Positions 1 to 10,960 of a stretch of 64,000 bases of DNA are shown piece by piece. Numbering within the stretch: the stretch's first letter is position 1; each line of letters begins with the position of its first letter. The position numbers and the translations under genes were made by a program. The DNA lies in the NCBI GenBank assembly GCA_046597055.1, contig JBKJLC010000037.1:82150-146149 (forward strand), given 5' to 3'. The notes beneath the pieces were generated by a model. It saw nothing but the letters and a program-made list of their open reading frames with translations. It was not told the origin of the DNA and did not search any database. The DNA is from Kofleriaceae bacterium (GTDB taxonomy: Bacteria; Myxococcota_A; Polyangia; Haliangiales; Haliangiaceae).

Positions 1-2471
1 CGCCGCGGCGGAGTCCGAGCCAGCGCTTCGCCCAGACGCTGCCGGTCGCCGGCGGCTCCATGCTCAGCGACTGGCTCCTGAACCTGCCGACCGATCCGGC
101 CAAGGACCACGGGCGCCAGCCGATCCGCGCGCACGTCGAGGCGCTGAAGGCGCTCGAGGGCGCGCCCACCGCCGAGCTCGAACGTCTGATGACCGAGACG
201 CTCGACACCTGCTCGCACCGCCTCGACGCGTGGATCACCTCGCTGGCGACGCGCCGGCTGTCGGCGCGTCGCGCCACCCATCCCGAGGGCATCTACCTGG
301 GCGGCTACGCGTTCGTCGAGAACCTGCGCGCCCGCCAGGCGCCGTTTCCCGGCCAGACCGGCGGCTTCATCCATGCGCCGTCGGCATCGCACGCCGCTGC
401 CGCCGCCATCCTGCGCAACGGGTACCTCACTCACGAGAACACCGCGGAGGTTGCGATCGATCTGTCGTCGCAGCGGGTGCGGCGCGCGCTGTCGCTGTTC
501 GACGGCGTGCGGCACGGCCAGCAGGCCGGCGCGGTGCTTGGCTACTGGTTCGAGCGCGGCCTGCACGACCGCCAGCTCGACCGCTACATCGCGCCGTTCC
601 GTCGACTGTATCCGCTGGGCCGGTTGCCCGACGCTCCCGACGAAGGCCCCGACGAGCCGATCGCCGCCCGCAACGTGGTCAACGGCCTGGCGCTGCGCGA
701 TGCATTGCTGCGGCGGCCGGTACTGCCGTGGACCGATGCCGACATCCTGCCGCTGGTGTCCGAGGCCGACCGCCCGGCGGTGCAGGTGTGCCTGGCGCAG
801 CTCGAGGACGACGTCGACGCCGCTGCCGACCTGCTGGCCGCCGAGTCGGTCTATCAGGCGGTGCAGGGCAACACCGATCGCGCTGGGGCCAACCTGGCCA
901 GCGGCGCCGGGACCGGCAGCCTGCCCACGCCGGGCATCGTCACGCCGCCCACCTCCGGCACGGCGTTCACCCACCGGGTGGCCATCGTGCTAGGCGGCGC
1001 GCCGACGACGTTGGCATGGCCGGCGTCCGGCGCCCGCCGCATCGCCGAGCCACGTCTCGACGCCTGGCTCGGCAACCGGATGGGCAGCGCGGCCGCCGTC
1101 CAGTGCCGCGCGCGGTACGACCAGACCGAGACCACGGTCACCATGCAGGACCTCGGTCTGAGCGCCATCGACTTCGTGATCCTGGCGCGCCGTACCGGCG
1201 CCGCCGGCAGCGAGCTGGCGTCGCGCGTGATCGCCCACGTACGCGCGACGGTCAGCGGCATCACCGGGCCGGTCGAGGTTGACTTCGCGCGCCCCACCGC
1301 CGCTGTTCCGTCGTGGCCGTACAGCGTGTTCAGCGTCGACGAGGCACTGGAGACCGCGCGGCTGCTCGGCGACCTGGCGCTGGGCGCTCGCCCGCTCTCC
1401 AGCGACGATCTGATGTTGCCGCACGCCGCCGGCGCGCCGTTCACCGTCGACACCGCCGAGATGACCAGCCGCGCCACCGCGGCGCTGGGCCAGCTCGGCG
1501 CCGCCCGCAGCGCGCTCGACGCCGCCGTCACGGCTGCCGCATCGCCTTCACCGCCACCCACCAGCCTCGACGATCTGCGCGCCGCCTTGTGGACCGCCGC
1601 CGGTTTCGGTGTGCGCGAGGCGGTTCCGGTCGACCTCGCCGGCACCGACGCCGTCGCCCGCGCCGCGCTGCGGGTCCAGGGCGCCACCATGCAGGCCGAG
1701 CTGGCCCGCCGCGACGCCGCCGCCAGCGTGGCGATCAGCGGCTTCGACAAGCTGATCGCCCTGTTCGGCCTCGAGGTGCCCATCCTGGTGCCGTTCACGC
1801 CGGCCAACCGCCCCGACCTCGACACCGCACTGGCGCAACCGCCTGGGAATCCGATCGGAACCCGTCACTGGCTGGAACGGATGGCGCGCCTGCGCGACCC
1901 GCTCGACCGCCTGCGGCTGGCCCACCTGGCCAGCGACGCCATGACCGGCACCCCGGTGTCGGAGGCCGGTCTGCACTTCGAGATCGCCCAGCTGCCGTTC
2001 GTCCCCGGTGCGCCCTGGATCGGCAATTCGTTCGATCCCAGCGAGGCGTGGCAGCGCCCGCGCGCCGGCACCGTTTCGATCGCGGTCCACCGGCCCGTCG
2101 GCTTCGAGTACGCCGGCAGCTGGTCGGGCCTCCTGCTCGACGACTGGAGCGAGACCATCCCCGCGGCGTCACAGATGACGTCGTACGCGGTCCACCACCA
2201 GTCGCCGGGCGCCGAGGCGCCGCAGTGCGTGCTGCTTGCGGTGGCGCCGCCGACACCCGACGTCCCCCGCTGGGGTCCGTCGCTGGTCGAGGACTGCATC
2301 GAGCAGGCCTTCGACGTCGCGCGCATTCGCGCCGTCGACTCCGACCTCCTCCATCCCTATGCGCTGCTCGTGCCTTGCATCTACCTGGCCGCCAACGTCG
2401 CCCCGGACACCATCCGGTCGCCGCTCAGCCACGGGGTCATCCACGAGGCCGTCATCGCGCCGCCGGAGTGA
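1..2471 (+). CDS. Large hypothetical protein, 5'-truncated by the window (>820 aa)
   Basis: Frame open from position 3 to TGA at 2469-2471; GC3-rich codons; conserved-looking blocks LDAWITSLATRRL, GFIHAPS, DLSSQRVR, GLLLDDWSETIP, PGAEAPQCVLLAV. Confidence 0.85.
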   Translation, partial: PRRSPSQRFAQTLPVAGGSMLSDWLLNLPTDPAKDHGRQPIRAHVEALKALEGAPTAELERLMTETLDTCSHRLDAWITSLATRRLSARRATHPEGIYLGGYAFVENLRARQAPFPGQTGGFIHAPSASHAAAAAILRNGYLTHENTAEVAIDLSSQRVRRALSLFDGVRHGQQAGAVLGYWFERGLHDRQLDRYIAPFRRLYPLGRLPDAPDEGPDEPIAARNVVNGLALRDALLRRPVLPWTDADILPLVSEADRPAVQVCLAQLEDDVDAAADLLAAESVYQAVQGNTDRAGANLASGAGTGSLPTPGIVTPPTSGTAFTHRVAIVLGGAPTTLAWPASGARRIAEPRLDAWLGNRMGSAAAVQCRARYDQTETTVTMQDLGLSAIDFVILARRTGAAGSELASRVIAHVRATVSGITGPVEVDFARPTAAVPSWPYSVFSVDEALETARLLGDLALGARPLSSDDLMLPHAAGAPFTVDTAEMTSRATAALGQLGAARSALDAAVTAAASPSPPPTSLDDLRAALWTAAGFGVREAVPVDLAGTDAVARAALRVQGATMQAELARRDAAASVAISGFDKLIALFGLEVPILVPFTPANRPDLDTALAQPPGNPIGTRHWLERMARLRDPLDRLRLAHLASDAMTGTPVSEAGLHFEIAQLPFVPGAPWIGNSFDPSEAWQRPRAGTVSIAVHRPVGFEYAGSWSGLLLDDWSETIPAASQMTSYAVHHQSPGAEAPQCVLLAVAPPTPDVPRWGPSLVEDCIEQAFDVARIRAVDSDLLHPYALLVPCIYLAANVAPDTIRSPLSHGVIHEAVIAPPE

Positions 2472-2474
2472 TCC

Positions 2475-4232
2475 ATGCCGTCCATCACCTACTGGAATCG
2501 TCTCGAACCCCGCGCGCGCTCTAGCGATCTTACCGGCGCGCTCGCCGCCCGCGTGCGCGACCCGGCGTGGTTTCTGGCCCGGCAATGGCAGCTCGGTGAG
2601 CTGGCTGGCGAGGATGCCGGCTCGCCGGCCTATGTGCGCATCAACGCCGCGGTGGCGCCGATGGTCGGATGGCAAGGCGCCACCGGTCCGGCGGTGCCGA
2701 TGCAGGCCAACGTGCCGCTCGAGCGGGCCGCCCTGGCCGAGCCCATGGCCACCGACGACATCTCGCGGTGGGCCGAGCTCGGGACCGTGGTCGACACCTT
2801 CCTGCTGTTCTACAACGTCGCCGATCTGCGCAGCCACTGGCTCGAGGCGTTCCCCATCGGTCCCGCACCGTCCGGTGCGCCGGACGACCCGCGCGCCGCA
2901 CGGCTGCGCTTGCTGTGGCAGGGTCGCGTGATCAACGGGCTGGCGGTATACACGGCAGCCGGACAGACGCCGACGCCGCCGCCGGCGCCCCCACCCGCGG
3001 TGCCGGCAACCGTGCCGTCGACGCGCTGGGCCCAGTGCAACCTCGCCATGCAGGCGTTCCGCGCCTACGTCAACAGCAGCCATCCCGGCAGCCCGATCGG
3101 CGCGGCCGATGCCGCGGCGTGGCGGCCCGAGCGGCTCGAGCACGAGCTGCGCACCGTCACCGGCGAGCCAGGTGCTACGCCGGGCAGCGTCAGCAGCGCG
3201 GTGCTGCAGGCGTTCCCCGACCGTACCGGCGACCTGCCCTGGTACGGCTTCGACCGCGTCGCCGAGGCGGTCCCGTCCGGGCTGCCGGCGTCGGTGCGCA
3301 CCGACATCTCGCGCACCGTCATTCCCGGCCCGGTGAGGTTCCGCGGCCAGCCCAACGAGCGGTTCTGGGACTTCGAGGACGGCCGCGTCGACTTCGGGGC
3401 GCTGCGTCTCGACCGCCGCGATCTGACCAGCATGTTGCTGGTCGACTTCATGCTCGTCCACGGCAACGACTGGTACCTGGTTCCGTTCGAGCAGCCGGTC
3501 GGCACCGTGTGCCGCACCGAGCTCACCGTGGTCGACGTGTTCGGCGTCGTGACGCCGGTGCCGCGCGCCGAGGACGCCGACCCGGTCGCTCCCGGCAAGC
3601 GCTTCTCCCTGTTCGGGGTCACCGGGCTGGCCAACGGCCACCTGGTGCCCGACAGCGTCGCCGGCGTGGTGCAGGACGGACGCACCCTCGAAGAAGTGCG
3701 CTTCGTGCGCGACGAGACCGCCAACCTGGCGTGGGCGATCGAGCGCTCCACCGAGAGTCATCTCGGACGCGCGCTGCCGGGCAGCGAACGCGCCGGCGCC
3801 GAGCCACCGTCGCCGATCACCAGCGGCGTGGCACCGCTCCGGTACCAGCTGCAGTCGCACGTCCCGGTGCACTGGATCCCGTTCCAGGCGGTGGCGCTGC
3901 CGCCGGCCACCAGCGGACAGGTGGTGCTGGAGATGGCGTCGCTCCTCGCGCCAGAGGGTCCGCCCGGCGCAGCGCTCCACGAGGCGCTGCCGGCCGGCAA
4001 GATCTTGCGGCCGTCATCGGTGGCTGGGGCGCCGTACCGCGTTCGCGAGGAAGAGGTTCCGCGCGAAGGCACCCACGTCATCCGCTTCGCGCGCTTCGCG
4101 CGCTCCAGCAACGGCGCCAGCCACCTGTGGGTGACCCGCAAGCGCGTCACCGGACGCGGCGAAGGCGGGAGCGGCCTTCGCTTCGACCGCACCATCCCTC
4201 TCGAGACCGTGGTGCCCGGGACCGATCCGTGA
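2475..4232 (+). CDS. Hypothetical protein (585 aa), operon partner of the upstream large protein
   Basis: Starts 3 nt after the upstream stop; blocks RLEPR..DPAWFLARQWQLGE.GEDAGSP, RFWDFED, GNDWYLVP, EEVRFVRDETANLAWAIE, GSGLRFD. Confidence 0.85.
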   Translation: MPSITYWNRLEPRARSSDLTGALAARVRDPAWFLARQWQLGELAGEDAGSPAYVRINAAVAPMVGWQGATGPAVPMQANVPLERAALAEPMATDDISRWAELGTVVDTFLLFYNVADLRSHWLEAFPIGPAPSGAPDDPRAARLRLLWQGRVINGLAVYTAAGQTPTPPPAPPPAVPATVPSTRWAQCNLAMQAFRAYVNSSHPGSPIGAADAAAWRPERLEHELRTVTGEPGATPGSVSSAVLQAFPDRTGDLPWYGFDRVAEAVPSGLPASVRTDISRTVIPGPVRFRGQPNERFWDFEDGRVDFGALRLDRRDLTSMLLVDFMLVHGNDWYLVPFEQPVGTVCRTELTVVDVFGVVTPVPRAEDADPVAPGKRFSLFGVTGLANGHLVPDSVAGVVQDGRTLEEVRFVRDETANLAWAIERSTESHLGRALPGSERAGAEPPSPITSGVAPLRYQLQSHVPVHWIPFQAVALPPATSGQVVLEMASLLAPEGPPGAALHEALPAGKILRPSSVAGAPYRVREEEVPREGTHVIRFARFARSSNGASHLWVTRKRVTGRGEGGSGLRFDRTIPLETVVPGTDP

Positions 4233-4473
4233 GGTGTCTCGGTCCTGACCCATGCCCTTGACTCATACCCCGGGCTCGTCGGCGCCCTCGGTCGTGCTGC
4301 CACGATGCTGCCACGCAGGACGGCATACGGTGGGCAAGGCCGGGTCAGTTCGGGATCCAAGTGGTTGAAAGCTGTGCAAGCGGCCGTCGGAAATGGCTTC
4401 CCAAATAACAGGCAGTAGCCCTTCGGCCCGGCGTCTTGCGCTCGACGCCCCGCCCAGCCGACCTGCCCAGGCT

Positions 4474-5412
4474 TCACCGCTTCGGGTGAGCGTTCAGCCA
4501 GGGAAAGATCTGGGTAGCGGTGGCCGTGATGAAGAGCGTGTGCGGGCCGCCGACCACGGTCCATGACTCCACGTCGATGCCAGTCGGGCAACTGTCGTAC
4601 GTCCGGGTGGTGGTCTCGGCGGTGGCATCGCCGATGAGGTCGATGGGCGCGCCGGGCGTCGCGGTGGTGGCGCAGCCATTGTAGGCGGCCCAACGCTGGT
4701 CGCTGCCCAGCGCCGATGGATACGGTGCTGCGGTGCCGTTGACCGTCGTCGAGCCACCTTCGTAGGCGATCGTCCGGTCATCGGTGCCGTGCGCGTGCAG
4801 CACGCTCACGGGCTCCGAGGGCGCACAGGCACCGGGATCGTTGAAGGTGGCGCCCCCGATCACGGCAATGGCGGCGAAGCGCCCGGCCGAGGCACAGGCC
4901 ATGCGGAACGCCATGAACCCTCCGTTGGAGTCGCCGACAATGAAGACGCGGTCGGGGTCGACGTTGTAGGCGGCGCTGATCTCGTCGATGAGACCGTTCA
5001 GGTAGGCAACATCATCGACGGTCGAACCGTAGAAGTTGCAGCACGCGTCCGTCGCGTTCCAGAAATAGCGGCCGCCCTCGTCGAGCGTGCCGGTGGGTGC
5101 GATGAGCAGGAATCCGTCAGTTTCGTAGGCGTACGCCAGCCGCGTGACCCCGGTCACGTAGGTCGTGATCGAGCTGTAGCCGTGCAAGGCGATGACGAGC
5201 GGCATTGGTGTCGCGGCCGAGTAGCTCGACGGCACCAGCAACTCCGCCGGGCGCGTGCCGCCGAACGTTGTCGGCGGTGCGCCGTCCACCGCCGTCGCGT
5301 CGACGGCGACGGCGACGGGGCCGCCATCCACCGCGCTGCCGCCCTCACTCCCTCCGCAGCCGAGGACCGAGGCCAGCACGAGCGGCACCACCATCACTTC
5401 GAAAAAGCGCAT
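4474..5412 (-). CDS. PHB-depolymerase/LpqP-type esterase lipoprotein (alpha/beta hydrolase)
   Basis: Lipobox VLGC; LHG oxyanion motif; nucleophile elbow GDSNGG; HGTDD; C-terminal GGPH. Confidence 0.85.
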   Translation of the reverse strand: MRFFEVMVVPLVLASVLGCGGSEGGSAVDGGPVAVAVDATAVDGAPPTTFGGTRPAELLVPSSYSAATPMPLVIALHGYSSITTYVTGVTRLAYAYETDGFLLIAPTGTLDEGGRYFWNATDACCNFYGSTVDDVAYLNGLIDEISAAYNVDPDRVFIVGDSNGGFMAFRMACASAGRFAAIAVIGGATFNDPGACAPSEPVSVLHAHGTDDRTIAYEGGSTTVNGTAAPYPSALGSDQRWAAYNGCATTATPGAPIDLIGDATAETTTRTYDSCPTGIDVESWTVVGGPHTLFITATATQIFPWLNAHPKR

Positions 5413-5524
5413 CGACCAGGGTAGCACGAGCCACGTCAGCGTCGCGCGCACGGTCGGCCCGTGGACCGCCGGCCGGAGCCCGCGCCCGATCTGTACGGAG
5501 CAGCGGCGGCTCGCTTCGCTCGCT

Positions 5525-6682
5525 TCAGCCGCGGCGGGGCAGCAGGACGGTGAGCTCGGTGCCGTGGTCGGAGCGCACGTGGATCTCGCCGCCGTGCAGG
5601 GTCACCAGGCTGTGCACGATCGCCATGCCCATGCCGGTGCCGCCCTCCTTGGTCGAGAAGAACGGCTCGAACATCCGGGCCTCGACGTCGGGCGGGATGC
5701 CGGGGCCCTGATCGCGGACGCGGAGGGTGACGCCGCCGGGCACGGCCGCGAGGTCGACCGCGACCTGGCCGCCGGTCGGGCTCGCTTCGATCGCGTTGCG
5801 GAGCAGGTTCTGCACGACCTGGTGGATCTTGGTCGCGTCGACGTCGGCGTCGATCTGGGCCGGGGCCGCGAGCTCGATCGTCACCTCGCGCAGCGCGGCG
5901 GCCGGGCGCTCGAGCTCGATCACGTGGCGGGTGAGCGCGACCAGGTCGGCGCTGGTGGTCGACAGATCGGCGGGGCGCGCGAACGACAGGAACTCGTTGA
6001 GCAGCAGGGTCAGGCGCGCGATCTCCTGGTGGACCAGCTCGGCCGCCTGCAGCAGGCGCGGGTCGCTGTCGGTGCGACGCAGGCGGCGCTCGAGCAGCTC
6101 GAGCTGCAGCTTGGCCGCGTTGAGCGGGTTGCGGACCTCGTGGGCCAGGCCGGCCGACAGGGTCCGCATCGCCGCGAGCTTCTCGGCCTGGGCGTTGCGC
6201 TCGCGCCGGACCAGGCGCTCCTCGGCCTCGAGCTGGTAGTGGCGCAGCATGATCGCCAGCTCCATGTCGAGCAGCTTGTCGACCGACTCGATCGTCTGCG
6301 ACCGCTCGGTGGTGACCCGGGCCTCGACCAGCCGGTGGAGGTCGCGGCGCAGCACGTTCATCGCCGTGAACATGTACTGCTGCGGCAGGCCGATCGTGAC
6401 GTGGCGGCGGCCGATGCGCGACCGCCGCTCGTAGTAGGCCTCGTCGTGGGGCCCGGCCAGGCCCGACGCCATCCACTCGACCAGCGTGTCCTTGAGCCGC
6501 GCGATCTGGGGCGGCCCCTCGGTGAGCGCGGCGCGGGCGCCGTCGTGCGTGACCAGGACGTCGTAGAAGTGTTCGGCGACGGCGGGGAGCTGGTCGCGGA
6601 CGAGCTCGTGCAGGCGCTGCAGCCGGGTGACGTCGGCAGGCCCGAACTCGACGTACCGCTTGAGCTCGTCGAGATAACGCAC
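5525..6682 (-). CDS. Globin-coupled (protoglobin) sensor histidine kinase
   Basis: N-terminal protoglobin (FY..L, RIGRRHVTIGL); H-box LAHEVRNPL; NLLRNA, DQGPGI, FEPFFSTK, GTGMG boxes. Confidence 0.9.
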   Translation of the reverse strand: MRYLDELKRYVEFGPADVTRLQRLHELVRDQLPAVAEHFYDVLVTHDGARAALTEGPPQIARLKDTLVEWMASGLAGPHDEAYYERRSRIGRRHVTIGLPQQYMFTAMNVLRRDLHRLVEARVTTERSQTIESVDKLLDMELAIMLRHYQLEAEERLVRRERNAQAEKLAAMRTLSAGLAHEVRNPLNAAKLQLELLERRLRRTDSDPRLLQAAELVHQEIARLTLLLNEFLSFARPADLSTTSADLVALTRHVIELERPAAALREVTIELAAPAQIDADVDATKIHQVVQNLLRNAIEASPTGGQVAVDLAAVPGGVTLRVRDQGPGIPPDVEARMFEPFFSTKEGGTGMGMAIVHSLVTLHGGEIHVRSDHGTELTVLLPRRG

Positions 6683-6687
6683 GGGCC

Positions 6688-8088
<1,401 letters not shown>

Positions 8089-8111
8089 TTGATTCTCCTC
8101 TGCGACGACAT

Positions 8112-8127
8112 TGCGAACGCTGTGCCA
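8112..8127 (-). promoter_or_regulatory. Sigma-54 (-24/-12) promoter of the regulator/kinase operon
   Basis: TGGCACAGCGTTCGCA on the minus strand (GG-N10-GC), 25 nt before the GTG. Confidence 0.75.
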
Positions 8128-8157
8128 GCCCAGGGTAGCGCCGGAACCAGGTTTTGT

Positions 8158-8203
8158 GCGCAAACCCTGCGCGCGGCAGCGCAGTCGCGCGCAGATCTTG
8201 CGG
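8158..8203. promoter_or_regulatory. Paired enhancer-like palindromes CGCA-N5-TGCG
   Basis: GCGCAAACCCTGCGC (8158-8172) and GCGCAGATCTTGCGG (8189-8203), 31 bp apart, between divergent sigma-54 promoters. Confidence 0.7.
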
Positions 8204-8264
8204 ATGCCGGATCCCGTGAACGGGCCGGCGCGAGGATTCATTGAATGCATGGGATCCCACATGG

Positions 8265-8280
8265 CGGTACGAGTCGTGCA
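8265..8280 (+). promoter_or_regulatory. Sigma-54 promoter of the former norB-nnrS operon
   Basis: CGGTACGAGTCGTGCA (GG-N10-GC); ATG at 8293 lies 14 nt after the -12 C. Confidence 0.6.
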
Positions 8281-8292
8281 CTCCGGCACGGC

Positions 8293-8495
8293 ATGCGTCG
8301 TCTGTGGATCGCTCTTGCCGCCGTGCTGGTCGTGTGATTTGCCGTCCTGGGCTGGGTTGGCTCGCGGATCTACCAGCTGGCACCGTGTTCGCCGCCGGCG
8401 CCTTCGCGTTCGGGTTCGCGGTCGGACGCATGACCATGACCCGGGCCGCGGCGGTGCCCAAGGCCGACGTCGCCAAGACGCGCAAGCGGAGCTGA
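8293..8495 (+). pseudogene. norB: Deletion remnant of quinol-dependent nitric oxide reductase (qNor)
   Basis: MRRLWIALAAVLVV*FAVLGWVGSRIYQLAP (qNor-like N-terminus, internal TGA at 8335) joined out of frame to TVFAAGAFAFGFAVG...KRS* (qNor-like C-terminus); directly upstream of nnrS. Confidence 0.75.
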
Positions 8496-8503
8496 CCCGG
8501 CCG

Positions 8504-9757
8504 ATGTCCGCGAACCCGCCTGCGATCGTGGCGCCCGCCGGCGCCGGCCCGCGCTGGTCGGTGCGTCGCCTCGGCGCTGCCCCGCACCGGCTGCTCTTCT
8601 TCGCCGGCGCGAGCAACCTGATGCTCGCGATGATGTGGTGGGCGGCCTGGATCGTCAGCCTGCGCTGGCCGACCGTGCTCGGGCTCCCGTACCCGCCGGT
8701 GTTCCCCGGCTGGCTGCACGCCTTCGTGATGCAGTTCCAGGTGCTGCCGACGTTCATCTTCGGGTTCCTGTTGACGACGTTCCCGAAGTGGACGAAGCAA
8801 CCCGAGCTCGCGCCGCGACGGTTCGTGCCGGTCGGGCTCGCCCTGATCGCCGGTCAGCTCGCCACGCTCGCCGGGGCGCTCGGCTCGCACGTCGCGATCG
8901 TCGTCGGGGTCGGGCTGACGCTCCTCGGCTGGAGCGCCGCGCTGGTCGCGCTGGCGCCGATGCTGTGGCGCGCGCAGGGGACGACGTGGCATGCGCGGTC
9001 CTGCGTGGCCGCGCTCGTGCTGGGGTACCTCGGCATCCTGGCGTTCGCCGGGTTCCTGCTCGGGGCGTCGCCGAGGTGGGTGCCCGTCAGCATCGACCTG
9101 GGCACCTTCGGCCTCTTGCTGCCGGTGTTCTTCACGGTCGCACACCGGATGCTCCCGTTCTTCGCTGCTGGCGTCGTCGCCGGCTACCAGCCGTGGCGGC
9201 CAGGCTGGCTGCTCGCGGCGGTGTGGGCCGCGGCGCTCCTGCACCTGGGGCTCGGGCTCGCCCATGCCTCGCGCTGGAGCTGGACCGCGGACGGCGCGCT
9301 GCTGGTGCTGACCGCGGTCGCGTGGTGGCGGTGGTGGCCACGCGGCGCCCGGTCGGGGCTCCTCACCGTGCTGTTCCTGGGCCTGGCCTGGTTGCCGATC
9401 GCGATGGCGCTGTTCACCGTCGATGGGGTGAGCTTCGTGGCGACCGGCGCCCACCTGCTCGGGCGTGCCCCCAGCCACGCGCTGTCGATCGGATGCTTCG
9501 GGAGCCTGCTGGTCGCGATGGTCACCCGGGTCACCCAGGGGCATTCGGGCCGTCCGCTGGTGATGCCCGCGGTGGCGTGGTTCACGTTCATCGCGTGCCA
9601 GCTGATCGCCGGGGCGCGCATCGCCGCGGAGCTGGTGCCGGACCCGTACGCCTGGTTCGCGGTCGCGGCGGTCGGGTGGCTGGTCGGGTTCGGTCCGTGG
9701 GTGGCGCGGCTCGGCTGGATCTACCTGGCGCCCCGGGTGGACCACAAGCCCGGCTGA
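8504..9757 (+). CDS. nnrS: NnrS family membrane protein (nitrosative stress)
   Basis: APHRLLFFAG, GWLHAF, FGFLLTTFPKW, HRMLPFF, PSHALSIG, MVTRVTQGHSGRPL, PRVDHKPG; multiple TM helices. Confidence 0.9.
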   Translation: MSANPPAIVAPAGAGPRWSVRRLGAAPHRLLFFAGASNLMLAMMWWAAWIVSLRWPTVLGLPYPPVFPGWLHAFVMQFQVLPTFIFGFLLTTFPKWTKQPELAPRRFVPVGLALIAGQLATLAGALGSHVAIVVGVGLTLLGWSAALVALAPMLWRAQGTTWHARSCVAALVLGYLGILAFAGFLLGASPRWVPVSIDLGTFGLLLPVFFTVAHRMLPFFAAGVVAGYQPWRPGWLLAAVWAAALLHLGLGLAHASRWSWTADGALLVLTAVAWWRWWPRGARSGLLTVLFLGLAWLPIAMALFTVDGVSFVATGAHLLGRAPSHALSIGCFGSLLVAMVTRVTQGHSGRPLVMPAVAWFTFIACQLIAGARIAAELVPDPYAWFAVAAVGWLVGFGPWVARLGWIYLAPRVDHKPG

Positions 9758-10405
9758 TCAGCGGGCCGCGGCGCCGCGGAGCACGAGCACGACCGCCGCG
9801 AAGTGACAGATCGCCGCGGCGATCACCAGGGCGTGGAAGACCTCGTGATATCCGAACACCCGCGGTGCGGGGTCGGGCCAGCGGAGCGCGTAGGTGAGGG
9901 CGCCCACCGTGTAGAGCACGCCGCCGGCGATGATCGCGGCGAGCGCCAGCGCGCCGGTCGTGGCGGCCACCACCGGCAGGTAGACGAGCACCGACCAGCC
10001 GAGCAGGACGTAGAGCGCGGCCGCGATCCAGCGCGGCGCGGTCGGCCACACCAGCGCCCGCATCGCCCCGAGGACCGCGCCGGTCCAGATCACGACGAGC
10101 AACCGCAGCCCATCGGTGCCGCCGATGCCGAGCGCGCACAGCGGCGTGTACGTGCCGGCGATGAACGTGAAGATGGTCGCGTGGTCCGCGCGTTGCCACC
10201 ACCGCCGTGCCGCCGGCCGCCAGCCGCCGCGGTGGTAGGAGGCGCTCACGCCGAACAGCGCCGCCAGCGTCACCGCGTACACCGCGACCGGCCAGCGGCC
10301 GGTGAGCGCCAGCAAGGCGGCCCCCGCGCCGAGGGCCACGAAGAACGCGAACTGGTGCGAGACCCCGCGGAGCCGGGGCGGTGCGCGCAGGATCTCGGTG
10401 CTCAT
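9758..10405 (-). CDS. Hemolysin III / PAQR family membrane protein
   Basis: PRLRGVSH, SASYH, RADHATIF..IAGTYTP, LGW, GGVLYTVGA, GYHEVFH. Confidence 0.9.
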   Translation of the reverse strand: MSTEILRAPPRLRGVSHQFAFFVALGAGAALLALTGRWPVAVYAVTLAALFGVSASYHRGGWRPAARRWWQRADHATIFTFIAGTYTPLCALGIGGTDGLRLLVVIWTGAVLGAMRALVWPTAPRWIAAALYVLLGWSVLVYLPVVAATTGALALAAIIAGGVLYTVGALTYALRWPDPAPRVFGYHEVFHALVIAAAICHFAAVVLVLRGAAAR

Positions 10406-10495
10406 GACCGCAGGGTGCGCCCGGGTCCGTCACGGTCGGGTCGGGCCTCGCTCACGATGTGCACAGGAGCCGTGGCCCGCCCGGCCGCCCCTGCG

Positions 10496-10741
10496 TCAGT
10501 CGAAGATCTCCCACCACGACCGGCGCTTGCCACCGGCGCGGCGGTCGTCGTCGCGGTCGTCGTCGTCGTCGCGCTGGGCGTCGCGGTGGTCGGGGCCCTC
10601 GGCCGGCGCCGCGCGGGCGATCAGCTTCTCGAGCTCGCCTCGATCGAGCCAGATGCCGCGGCAGCCGTCGCACCGGTCGATGGTGACCCCATCTCGCTCG
10701 ACCTCGGTCAGCTGCGAGGTTTCGCAACGGGGACAGGTCAT
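10496..10741 (-). CDS. zf-TFIIB-like zinc ribbon protein (81 aa)
   Basis: MTCPRC...IDRCDGCRGIWLDRGELEKL...SWWEIFD; AGGAG RBS. Confidence 0.85.
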   Translation of the reverse strand: MTCPRCETSQLTEVERDGVTIDRCDGCRGIWLDRGELEKLIARAAPAEGPDHRDAQRDDDDDRDDDRRAGGKRRSWWEIFD

Positions 10742-10960
10742 GGCTCGACTCCTGGATGGTTGATGAGAACGTTCGGTCGGCATCGGTCCCCAAGTTGACG
10801 CGTGGACGGCCCCGGGCAATGCGGAAGAGTCGAAGTGACGGCTCCGCTTTCTCGAACCGAGGGGGGCGTGGATGGTTTGGCGGAAGCGAAGCCTCGGCGC
10901 CGGATTTGGGCATCGACGTGCCGGCCGGGGCGCCCTATCGAGAGCAACCTGGAGGCCCCC

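Noticed and set aside
8378..8392. TGGCACCGTGTTCGC, a GG-N10-GC match upstream of nnrS
   Set aside because: It spans the inferred norB deletion junction and is probably coincidental; 8265-8280 fits the original operon start better.
8241..8495. 84-aa ORF as a genuine small gene
   Set aside because: Better explained as the C-terminal frame of the qNor remnant.
8089..8757. N-terminal extensions of the NtrC-type (689 aa) and NnrS (548 aa) ORFs
   Set aside because: They overlap each other and the promoter region; RBS-supported starts are 8088 and 8504.
10742..10960. yybP-ykoY or other riboswitch upstream of terC
   Set aside because: I could not recognise the conserved core by eye; an Rfam scan is needed to exclude it.
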